Assembly: GCF_009914755.1 (NCBI RefSeq)
Contig: NC_060933.1
Origin: the human T2T-CHM13v2.0 reference genome, Homo sapiens
Direction: 5' to 3' (one strand)
Length of the DNA stretch: 64,000 bases
Positions 47,271-58,400 of the stretch are shown here, one piece after another; positions within the stretch are counted from its first letter, which is position 1; each line of letters opens with the position of its first letter. The notes beneath the pieces are model-generated. The model was not told where the DNA came from, did no database searches, and saw only the letters and a list, made by a program, of their open reading frames with translations. The translations under genes were made by a program, and so were the position numbers.

Positions 47271-50200
47271 CCTGCCACAGGTGCCTCACCTCTACTCCCT
47301 GAAACCTCACTTTCCCTCATGGGCCTTCTGTCCGACTTGGGGTACCCCTAGCCGCCTTAGGTGCACACTGGACTAGAACCAGGGACACCAGGGTCCCTGG
47401 GGCTCAGCGCAAGGGTTCATGGGAATACACTTTCGTCCGTGGGGGACCCAGTCCCCGCTTCTCCGTGGCACAGTTTTTTTTTTCTCTGCCCCAGGTGCCT
47501 CACCTTCCCCTCATGGGCCTTCTGTCCACCTTGTGGTACCCCTGGCGGCCCGAGGCGCACCCTGGGCTCGAACCAGGGATGCCAGGGTCCCCAGGGCACA
47601 GCGCAAGGGCTGATGGGGAGACACTTTCTTCCGTGGGGGTCCCAGGCCCCGCTTCTCCGTGGCGCGTTTTTTTTTCCTCTGCCCCAGGTGGGTCACCTTC
47701 CCCTCATGGGTCTTCTGCCCGCTTTGGGGTACCCCTAGTGAACCCAAGCACATGCTGGGCTCAAATAAGGGTCGCCAGGGTCCCCGGGGCCCAGCGCAAG
47801 GGTTGATGGGAACACACTTTCACCCGTGGGGGACCCAGGCCCCGCTTCTCCGCAGCGCTGTTTTTTTTTTTTTCTCTGCCCCAGGTGCCTCACCTTCCCC
47901 TTATGGGCCTTCTGCCCGCTTTGGGTTACCCCTAGCAGGCCAGAGGCGCACCCTGGATTCGAGCCAGGGACGACAGGGTCCCCGGGGCCCAGCACAAGGG
48001 CGGATGAGAAGGCACTTTCGTCCTTGGGGGACCCAGGCCCTGCTTCTCTGTGGCGCGGTTTTTTTTTTCTTTTATGCCACAGGTGCCATACCTCTCCTCC
48101 CTCAAACCTCACCTTCCCCTCATAGGCTTTCTGCCCGCCATGGGGTACCCCAAGAGGCCCGAAGCGCACCCTGGTCTTGAACCAGGGATGCCAGGGTCCC
48201 CTGGGCCCAGCTCAGGGGCTGATGGGAAGACACTTTCTTCCGTGGGGGACCCAGGCCCCGCTTCTCCGCGGCACAGTTTTTTTTTTTCTCTGCCTCAGGT
48301 GCCTCACCTACCCCTCATGGGCCTTCTGCCCGCTTCTGGGTACCCCTAGCGGGCCCAAGGCGCACCCTGGGCTCGAACCAGGGTCGCCAGTGTCCGCGAG
48401 GTCCAGCGCAAGGCCTGATGGGAAGGCACTTTCGTCAGTGGGGGACACAGGCCCAGCTTCACTGCGGCGCGGTTTTTTTTTTTTTTTTTTCTGCCACAGG
48501 TGCCTCACCTTCCCCTCATGGGCTTTCTGTCCGCCTTGGGGTACCCCCAGCGGCCCGAGGCGCACCCTGGGCTCGAACCAGGGATGCCAGGGTCCCTGGG
48601 GCCTAGCACCGGGTCTGATGGGAAGGCACTTTCTTTCATGGGGAACCCAGGCCTCCCTTCTCCGTGGCGAGGTTTTTTCCTTTTCTCTCCGCCCCAGGTG
48701 CCTCACCTTCCCCTCATGGGCTTCTGCCCACTTTGGGGTACGGCTAGCGGCCCGAGGCGCACACTGGGTTCGAACCAGGGTCGCCAGGGTGCACGGGGCC
48801 AAGCGCAGGGGCTAATGGTAAAGCACTTTCGTCCGTGGGGGACCCAGGCCCCCCTTCTCCGTGGCGCGTTTTTTTTTTTTTTTTTTCTGCCACAGGTGCC
48901 TCACCTCTCCTCCCTCAAACCTCACCTTCGCCTCATGGGCCTTCTGCCCGCCTTGGGGTACCCCTAGCGGCCCGAGGCGAACCATGGGGTCTAACGAGGG
49001 ACGCCAGGGTTCCCGGGGCCCAGTGCAAGGGCTGATAGGAAGAAACTTTCGTCTGTGGGGGACCCAGACACCGCTTCTCCGCGGTGCAGTTTTTTTTTTA
49101 GTTTTGGCTGCCCCAGGTACCTCACCTTCCCCTCATGAGCCATCTGCCTGCTTTGGGGTACCCCTAGTGGACCGAGGCGCACCCTTGGCTCGAATCAGGG
49201 TCGTCAGGGTCCCCGGGGCGCAGCGCAAGGGCTGATGGGAAGACACTTTCGTCCGTGGCGGACCCAGGCCCCGCTTCTCTGCGGCGCGGTTTTTTTTTTT
49301 GTTTTTTTTTGTTTTTTTTTTTCTGCCACAGGTGCCTCACCTCTCCTCCCTCAGACCTCAACTTCCCCTCATGGGCTTTCTGCCCGCCTTGGGGTACCCC
49401 TAACGGCCCGAGGCGCACCCTGGGTTTGAGCCAAGGTCGCCAGGGTCCATGGGGCTCAGCGCAGGGCCTGATGGTAAGGCACTTTCGTCCGTGGGGGACC
49501 CATGCCCTGCTTCTCCGTGGCGCGTTTTTTTTTTTTCTGCCACAGGTGCCTCACCGCTCCTCCCTCAAACCTCACCTTCCCCTCATGGGCCTTCTGTCTG
49601 CCTTGGGGTACACCTAGCGGCCCGAGGTGCACTGTGGGCTCGAACCAGGGAAGCCAGGGTCCCTGGGGCCCAGCGCAAGGGCTGATGGGAAGACACTTTC
49701 GTCCGTGGGGGGGACCCAGTCCCCGCTTCTCCGCGGCGAGTTTTTTTTTTTTTTCTCTGCCCCAGGTGCTTCACCTTCCCCTCATGGGCCTTCTGCACAC
49801 TTTGGGGTACCCCTAGCGGCCCGAGGCGCACCCTGGGCTCGAACCATGGAGGCCAGGTTCCATGGGGCCAAGCGCAGTGGCTGATGGGAAGGCACTTTCG
49901 TCCCTGGGAGACTCAGGCACCGGTTCTCCGCTGCGCGGTTTTGTTTTTTTTTTTTTTTTTTCTGCCGCAGGTGCCTCATCTCTCCTCCCTCAAACCTCAG
50001 CTGAAACTTTTGGGCCTTCTTTCCTCCTTGGGGTACTCGTAGCAGCCTGAGGCACGGCGTGGGCTCGAACCAGTAATGTCAGCGTCCTCGGGACCCAGCT
50101 CAAGGGCTGACGGAAAGACACTTTCGTCAGTGGGGGACCCAGGCCCCGCTTCTCCACGGCGCGGTTTTTCTTCTTTCTCTGCCGCAGGTGCCTCACCTTC

Positions 50201-53155
50201 CCCTCATGGGCTTTCTGCTCTCCTTGGGGTACCCCTAGCGGGTCCGAGGTGCACCCTGGTTTCCAGCCAGGGACACCAGGTTCCCCAAGGCCCAGCGCAG
50301 GGGCTGATGGGAAGGCACCTTCGTCCGTGGAGGAGCCAGGCCCCGCTTCTCTGCAGCGCGGTTTTTTTTTTTTTCCTTTGCCCCAGGTGTCTCACCTTCC
50401 TCTCATGGGCCTTCTGCCGGCTTCTGGGTAACCCTAGCGGGCGCGAGGCGCACCTGGGGCTCGAACCAGGGTTGCCAGGGTCCATGGGGCCCAGGGCAGG
50501 GGCTGATGGGAAGACACTTTCATCCGTGGGGGACCCAGGTCCCGCTTCTTTGCGGCGCGGTTTTTTTTTTTCTCTGCCCCAGGTGTCTCACCTTCCCCTA
50601 ATGAGCATTCTGCCCGCTTTGGGATACCCCTATTGGGCACGAGGCGCACCCTGGGCTCTAACCAGGGTCGCCAGTGTCCATGGGGCCCAGCGCAGGGGCT
50701 GATGGGAAGGCACTTTCGTACGTTGGGGACCCAGGCCCCGCTTCTCCGCGGCGTGTTTTTTTTTTTTTTTTTTTTCTGCCACAGTTGCCTCACGTCTCCT
50801 CCCTCAAACCTCACCTTCCCCTCATGGGCCTTCTGTCCGACTTGGGGTACCCCTAGTGGCCAGACGCACACCCTGGGTTCGAAACTGGGACACCAGGGTC
50901 CCCGGGGCCCAGCGCAAGGGCTGATGCGAAGACACTTTCTTCCTCGGGGACCCAGGCTCTGCTCCTCTGCGACGTTTTTGTTTTTGTTTTTTTCGCTTTT
51001 CCCCAGGTGCCTCACCTTCCCCTCATGGGTTTTCTGCCCGCCTTGAGGTACCACTAGCGGGCCCGAAGCGCACCCTGGTTTCGAGCCAGGGACGCTAGGG
51101 TCTCCAGGGCCCAGTTCAGGGCTGATAGGTAGGGACGTTCGTCTGTGGGGGACCCAGGCCCCACTTCTGGGCGGCGCAGTTTTTTTATTTTTTTCTCTGC
51201 CCCAGGTGTCTCACCTTTCCCTCATGGGCCTTCTGTCTGCCTTGGGGTACCCCTAGCAGGCCGAGGCGCACGCTGGGCTCGAGCCAGGGATACCAGGGTC
51301 CCTGGGGCGCAGCGCAAGCGCTGATGTGAGGACAGTTTCTTCTGTGGGGGAGCCAGGCCCCGCTTATACGCGGCGCGGTTGTTTTTTGTTTTTTTTTTTT
51401 TTCTCTGCCCCAGGTGCATCACCTTCCCCTCATGGGCCTTCTGCCCGCTTTTGGGTACCCCTAGCGGCCTGAAGCGCACCCTGGTCTCGAACCAGGAATG
51501 CCAGGGTCACCTGCGGCCAGCGCAAGGGCTGATGGGAAGACACTTTTGTCCGTTGGGGACCCAGGCTCTGCTTCTCCGTGGTGCGGTTTTTTTTTCTCTG
51601 CCACAGGTGCCTCACCTCTCCTTCCTCAAACCTCAACTGCCCCTCATGGGATTTCTGCCCGCTTGTCTTCCGAGGCTGCGGTGTGGATCTCGCACTGCGG
51701 CCGCCTCGCCTTGGCTGGGGAGAACCTCGGTGGGTAGGATTCAGAGGGGCTTTTGGTTTCCCGTTTTCCACACTGAACCCTTCTAACTGGTCTCTGACCC
51801 TGATTATTAAGGGCTGCAAACAGGAAGGATTTTATTCACCATCGATGCGGCTCCGAGTAGTCCCAAAGCGAGGCAGTGCCCCCAAGGTCTGTGCTGAGAA
51901 CGCTGCTCTGCCTTCGCGGTGACCCCCGGGTCTGTGCTGAGCAGAACGCAGCTCCGCCCTCGCGTTGCCCCCGGCCCGCCCGCCCGGGTCTGTGCTGAGG
52001 AGAACATGCTGCGCTTCGCTGTATCTCCGAAGTCTGTGCAGAGGAGAACTCAGCTCCGCCCTGGCAATGCTCTCCGGGTCTGTGCTGAGGAGAAGGCAGC
52101 TCCGCCCTCGCAAAGGCACACGGCGCCGGCGCAGGCGCAGAGAGGCGCACGGGGGTACCCCTAGCGGGCCCGAGGCCCACCCGTGGCTCGAACCAGGGTC
52201 TCCAGGGTCCACAGGGCCCAGAGCAGGAGCTGATGGGAAGGCATTTTCATCGTGGGGGACCCAGGCCCTGCTTCTCCGTGGCGCGGGTTGTTTTTTTTTT
52301 CTTTTTCTGTGACAGGTGCCTCACCACTCCTCCCTCAAAACTCACCTTCCCTCATGGGCTTTGTGCTCCCAAAGCTCCCCTTGGGGTGCACTTAGCGGCT
52401 GAGGCACACCCTGAGCTCGAACCAGGGACACCAGGGTCCCCAGGTCCCAGTGCAGGGACTGATGGGAAGACACTCCCGTCCGTGGGGAATCAGGCCGCGC
52501 TTCTCTGCGGCGAAGTTTTTTTTTTCTCTGCCCCAGGTGCCTCGCCTTCCCCTTATGGGCTTTCTGCCCACCTTGGGGTAACACTAGTGGCCCGAGGCGT
52601 ACCCTGGGATCAAACCAGGGACGCCAGGGACCTCAGTGCCCAGCGAACGGGCTGAGGAGAAGACAATTTCCTCCGTGAGGGACCCAGGCACTGCTTCTCG
52701 GCGGCGCGTTTCTTTACTTTCTCTGCCTCAGGTGCCTCACCTTCCGCTCATGGACCTTTTGTTCGCTTTCTGGTACCGCAAGTGGTCCCGAAGCGCACCC
52801 TGGGATCAAACCAGGGTCGTCACTGTCCACTCTGCCCAGCGTACGGCATAATGGGAAGGCACTTTCATCCATGGGGGACCCAGGCCCCGCTTGTCTGAGG
52901 CGAGGTCTCCTGTTTTTTTTCTGCCCCTGGTGCTTCACCTCTATTCCCACAAACTTCAAATTCAACTCATGGTCCTTCTGTCCGAGTTGGGGTACCCCTA
53001 GTGGCCCGACGCGCACCCTGGGCAGCAACGACGGATGCCAGGGTCCCTAGGAACCAGCGCAAGGGCTGATGGGAAGACATTTTCGTACATGGATGACCCA
53101 GAAACAGCTTGGCGATGCATTTTTTCTCTGCCCCAGGTGCCTCAACTTCCCCCCA
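47271..53155. repeat. GC/CpG-rich ~195-220-bp tandem satellite, gamma-satellite-like (GSATII candidate), about 27 monomers
   Basis: Unit ctgccccaggtgcctcaccttcccctcatgggcc...ggggtacccctagcggcccgaggcgcaccctgggctcgaaccaggg...ctgatgggaagacactttcgtccgtgggggacccagg...(T)n. Confidence 0.9.
51665..52150 (+). repeat. TAR1 (telomere-associated repeat) fragment with ~37-bp units and one 29-bp unit
   Basis: ggtctgtgctgaggagaacgcagctccgccctcgc units; gcgccggcgcaggcgcagagaggcgc; the first ~100 bp are less certainly TAR1. Confidence 0.88.
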
Positions 53156-53159
53156 TCAG

Positions 53160-54480
53160 CCTCCTGTCTCTCTGCGCCTGCGCCGGCGCCGTGCGCCTCT
53201 CTGCGCGGCCACCGTTGCTGGGGGATGGGTCCCTGAGACTTGGCGAAGTAGGAGTACTGGACTCGCGCAAAGGCCCTGTCTCGCAGGTTTTCAGGTGGGC
53301 TTGGCGTTTCCTCCGCTTTGAGGGGCAGGTCTCCAGTGGCCCCCCAGGCGCAGGCCTGGACATCACTGTCCGTCTCGTCGTCGCCCCCTACGGCCTCAGA
53401 GACACAGGCTCACTGCATGTGCTCTTGGGGGACGTCAGTGCCACGTGTGGTCACACTGGCTCCGGCTCGGACTAGCCTCTGTCTCTCTTTGCCCGTGTCG
53501 CCGGAAGCCGCGTCGAGATGCCGGAGCCCCCGGGCCTTGGAGATGAAGGCAGGCCCCTGCTCCACCCAGGAAGGAGGGAGGCAGTGGGCTCGTGGGTCAG
53601 TGCCTTTGCAGGCGACAGCACGCCTTGCGGCCCTGGGGATGTTTCTGTGCCCCGGCGAGAGCCTTTCCGCCTCACTGCATTGTAACCCCATTCCCGATCA
53701 CCGGGTGGGATCCATCATCGGATCCCAAGAGGAGTCCGCGCAGCCCAGCCGACACCCCGAAGCTCCTCCTTCACCGGGAACCCAAGCAGAAGACCGATCA
53801 CGGAGGTCCTGACGACAGGACTCCTATGGGTCCGACCCTGGGTCTCCCGCAGGCCCCTCTGGTAGTCCTCTTCCCACCCGCCGCCTGGGGCTGCGCCGCA
53901 GCCGCCGCCGCAACCTCCAGCACCGCCGCCCCAGTCCCCGCAGCCGCCGCGTTGCCGCCATTTTTTAAAGGGTCCGCAGCCTGACTCTGCCGAGTAAGGG
54001 GGGGTGGGGGCGGGTGAGTCGGCCTCGCCAGTGCGCATGCGCGAGGCCGGAGCCGCCGCTTTGGTCACAGTGACCGCCACCATTGCCCGGGGATGGGTCC
54101 CTGAGACTTGGCGAAGTAGGAGCCCTGTGTGATCGTGCGTCAGAGTCGGGGCTGAGACCAGCCCTGGCCAGGGCAGTTACCAGGACGGTCTCCGGAGGCC
54201 GGGATTCGCGGAGGGTCCACCAGTAGGAAGAAACCCCAGGAGGAAGAAACCTCAGACAGATCGCCGGGGAGGCAGCGCGGGATCCCAGCCTCAGGCGTGC
54301 GCGGACGGTGTGCGGGTGAATCTCCCCAAAAGTGGCGCCCTTGTGATGTCGAGGACAGGTCTCCCTGTGTGCCCGTGGGCTGCTGTCTCACCGGTGGCTC
54401 GTCGTCGCGGAGAGCAGAACCCGGCAGCTTCAGGGGCTGCCTGGGGGTGGGTGTTACCTGCTGTATGTCTGTGTGCGTTA
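53160..54480. promoter_or_regulatory. CpG island / putative promoter
   Basis: High CpG density; YY1 GCCGCCATTTT 53954-53964, GC box 54007-54014, NRF1 TGCGCATGCGC 54032-54042. Confidence 0.75.
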
Positions 54481-55060
54481 TGGGTGTGTGTGTGTGTGTC
54501 TGTGTGTCTGTGTGTGTGCGCGCGCACGCGCGTCTGTGTGCCCACTACTGTCTCTTACGTCTCTGTCTCTCTCTCTCTCCCTTCTCGCTCTTTCCGTCGC
54601 CCTCTCTTTCTGTCTCTGTCCGTCTGTGTGTGCATGCGCCTTGGGACACATGTTCCCTGTGCGCCGGAGGCTGGGTTTCTTGCACGTCGGCCTTTCTTCT
54701 GGTCAGCCTCTCCCCGCGTCTCTGCCTGGGTGTTGTGGCCGGTTGGCAATCGTTTTCCCGGCGGTTCCGGTTTGGGGGTCTGTGAAGGCCTGGGCAATGT
54801 GGGCATCTGTGTCGGAGCCACAGGGGTTTTCATTCCCTCCCCATCCGGAGCAGCCTCTTTGCTAGCCTAGATCCAGACGACCGCTCCCCAACCAAGGACA
54901 ACGGCCTCCAAGCGCTCATTGTCCACCCGCAGGAGGGTGTCCGCAGACCTTCCAGAAGATGCTTCTCACGCCTCTCGCCCTCTGCCCTCATCGCGAAATC
55001 TAGCCACAGCTCGACGCAGGGACGGAGAAGGAAGCCGTCAAGGGGATGGGGCAAGCATCT
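54140..55060 (-). pseudogene. FAM27 (FAM27D1/E)-like sequence, frameshifted; probably REP522-type repeat
   Basis: Colinear peptides in different frames (KRLLRMG; TPKPEP..KRLPTGHNTQAET; MHTQTDR; QPTGTQGDLSS) resemble recalled FAM27D1/E3 predictions. Confidence 0.65.
54485..54625. repeat. (TG)n/(CG)n and (TC)n simple repeats
   Basis: Directly visible. Confidence 0.9.
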
Positions 55061-55079
55061 CTGTCACTCAAAGGCATTA

Positions 55080-55410
55080 TAGAGGTCCACCACAGAGGCA
55101 TATCCAGTATGGTGCCCACCACCTCATCTTGGGGCTGGGTGAAGGGCAAGTGGCACTGCAGGAAATGGTGGCCTTGTTCTCTGTCCTCAAGTTGTTCCAA
55201 GATTGCAGACCACACCAGTGCTTGGGCTTGTGAGAATCGAGGGCTCTCCAACAGTTCAGAAACAAGCAGTCTGCCGCAGGGTTGAGAGGAGCAAAAGACA
55301 CCCCCACCTATGCTTTTCCATGGAACATCAAGTCCCTCAGAGTATAATCTCTGCTGGATTCTTGCTTCCTTATTTTTCTGTGTTCAAGTTTCTTCTTGTG
55401 GTGCTCTAGC
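55080..55410 (-). mobile_element. Old L1 5'UTR fragment
   Basis: gggcttgtgagaatcgagggctctcc...cttgcttcct..ttttctgtg. Confidence 0.5.
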
Positions 55411-55479
55411 ACTCTTCCGTCAATATAGATATTGGAATTAACGATTATTTATCCATAACTTTGCTTTCTCTTTCTGAGA

Positions 55480-58400
55480 ATAACTAGAGTCGAATATCCA
55501 TAGTCAGTCATATTGAAGAAAAACCTCAGAAATATACTTCTTAGTAACTCAACACCCAAGAGCAAATCATAATGGAAATTATAAAATATTTTTAATTAAA
55601 AAATGTATACTACATTATAAAATGTGTCATTTTAGAGGAAAGTGTAGAACCTTAAATTCTTATTTTATGAGGACAACAAATTAATATTTAAAATGTTTTG
55701 AATTTATTGGAAGAAGTTAGAAATATCAACAGAAATAAAAGGAAATAAAAAATACATGCATAGTGATTAAGAATACAGGGAAAGAAAAGTCAAGAAATAT
55801 GGCCAAAATTTGTTAGTTGTTGTAGGAGCCATACAATAACAAAACTCTGGAGAAATGGCTTGATAAAATTAAGAGAAGAAACAAGTATGCAATCTCAGGA
55901 ATCAAAATAGGAAATAATTATACATCAGGTGTCAAGAATTTTTTTTGTTTTTTGGAAAGGATCAGATGGTAAATATTTTAGGTTTTTGGGCTATATGGTT
56001 TGTTGCAACTAATCAATTCTATTGTTGTGGCATAAATTGACAGTATGTCAATGAATGAGCATGACAGTGTTCCAGTAATACTTTATTTATAAATACTGTC
56101 TGGCTTATTTGCCACAGTTTATTGAGTTTTGTTATAAATAATACAAATATCAAGAAGGTAAATTAGTATAGTATGAAAACGTTTAATTCAATAAATTTGG
56201 AAATATATGTAAAATGTGTACAATTACTTGAAACATGCATTTTTCCAAAAGGAACCTAAAGTGAAAAGAAAAATCTGAATTGTGCTACAACAAATGCATG
56301 TAATCAGTAGTCAGAAATCATATCATAAAGATAATTTCAAGCCATGATGACTTTACTGGCAAGTTGTTTCAAACATGAAACAAAACAATAATTCCATTCT
56401 TACATACAATTCTTTCTGAGCATGAAACAGGAAAGAACATACTCTATTTCATTTTATTATGCTATTATGACTCTGATATTATAACCTGACAAGGATAGTA
56501 AAGGGAAAGTAAATTAAACACCAATGTAATTTATGAAAATAATGAAGGAAAACTTAAAAAAGTACCATGCAGAAATAAGCAATGCATTAAAATGTAAGAC
56601 ATCACAGCCAATGTTTATTCTAAGAAACCCTGGGAAGCAATAATGGCCTCATGTAAAGGTATCAATTAATATGATACACCACAACAAATAACTTAACAAT
56701 ATTATAAGCATATTTAATTTTATTTTCTTAAAAAGTCATACATTTTAACAACCCGAAATTAAAAGAGAATCTAGTTTAACTGATAACATTTGTTTTCAAA
56801 AGTTCTATTGAAATTATAACACTTAACAATGGAATGTTAAAATATTTCCTTTGTGATTGGGAACAAAATAAACATAGATGGTACAAGCAATTTTATTTAT
56901 CCTTTTGCAGGTCTTAGACACTGGGATAGGATTGTAAATATTAAAAAAAATAAGAATTATGAAAGAGAAAACAGATTACTATGTTACCGATGACACTAAG
57001 TACACAGAAAATTCAAAATGATTGTAAGATACATTATACTAATGAATATGAGCTTTTAGCAAGATGCTTTGACACAAACGTATTATGCAATATTGAAATG
57101 CATTTCATATAAGTAGAGAACTTTATTTAGATGTGTCAATGTGGCTTACTCTCACAAACATAATATTTAGTGGCATGATTAAGTCACAAAAGAATATGTA
57201 CAGTATAACTCAGTTTAAATAAAGTTCAAATAAACATAGACATAACATTGACATAAATATATTCTTGAATTGAAAAACTTTAATGAAATCACTTCTCCCC
57301 AAAATTAATCTTTGTAACTAGTGCATCCAAAGTAAAACCCAGTAAGGTTTGAATTAGATATTGACAAGCTAATTCTAGAATTTATGTAAACTCTAAAAAT
57401 ATTAAAATTCAGTTAATAATTTATTGAGGAAGGAAGAATATATTACAGGAAATATTATAAGAATTAATGCAATGTGATATTAACAAAGTAATAAATAATC
57501 AATGAAATGGAATAGGTAGACTACAGTAAGGAAAATATAAGAACCCATGATATGTAAGAAAGCTAGTATTATAGATCAGTGGTGAAAAATAAATTTGCCA
57601 ATAAATGAGAGTGAGAAAACTGGCTATACATATGGAAAATAATTAAAGTGATTCTTTACCTTATATAATATGTAACAATCAATTCCTTGGCGATCAATAT
57701 TTAAATGTAAAGCCAGGCAAAAATTACAGAAAACCCGACAGTAAAACAAAGAAAATGGCTTGCACATGTGCTTTATAAAATGTAAAATATGTGTCCACCA
57801 TACATATTTAGAATCACTTTAACATATTTTTAACACAAAAATGCAAATGAAAATGTTTTATATGTACATTATTACTTATACAACAGATTGACCAAAAACA
57901 GTCTGACAAGACAGACTTCTGGCAAACATATAGAGCAATAATAATTTCATATGCTTTCTTGGAAATGGAAATTATATCCGTTTTAAAAAGAGGCTTGTAT
58001 TACCCAGTAATATTGAAGATGACCATATATTCTAATCAGCAATTGGCTTTCACTCCTTATTTTGTATGTACATGGTCGGCCATTAAGAAATGTGATCCAA
58101 AATATTTACAGGCTCAGTTAAGTACTATAAGCAATGCAAAGGTTAAACAACAGTAGAATGTGGTAGATTCATACAGTGGAATACTACACTTTAGAAAAAA
58201 ATAGATAACTTTATTTAGATATGTTAATGTGGCTTACTCTCACAAACATAATATGCAGTGGTATGATTAAGTCACAAAAGGATATGTACAATATAATTCA
58301 GTTTAAATAAAGTTCAGGAACACAAAACAACAAGTTGGATTGTTTATAAAAGGTATACTGGACACTAAATCTATAAAGATAATAACAGAAATTATTTTAA
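55480..58400 (+). mobile_element. Ancient L1M(E) ORF2/3' remnant, with a MER58-like element at ~55945-56130
   Basis: A-rich L1 phrases (attgacaagctaattctagaattta, tgtggtagattcatacagtggaatactac); MER58 gtaaatattttagg...gtgttccagtaatactttattta. Confidence 0.75.

Noticed and set aside
51665-52150. True telomere or ancestral telomere-fusion site
   Set aside because: No (TTAGGG)n tract; only a short TAR1 fragment within satellite
47271-53155. Hammerhead ribozyme look-alike in the monomer (CTGATG on + strand; GTCC..GGAC-GAAA on - strand)
   Set aside because: The two core halves lie on opposite strands. The minus strand lacks CUGANGA before stem II and the plus strand lacks GAAA after it. An Infernal/Rfam scan would settle it; no hit is expected.
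47361-55409. Many 100-210 aa ORFs
   Set aside because: They overlap in all six frames in GC-rich repeats, with poly-F/K from T-tracts; artefacts of stop-codon scarcity
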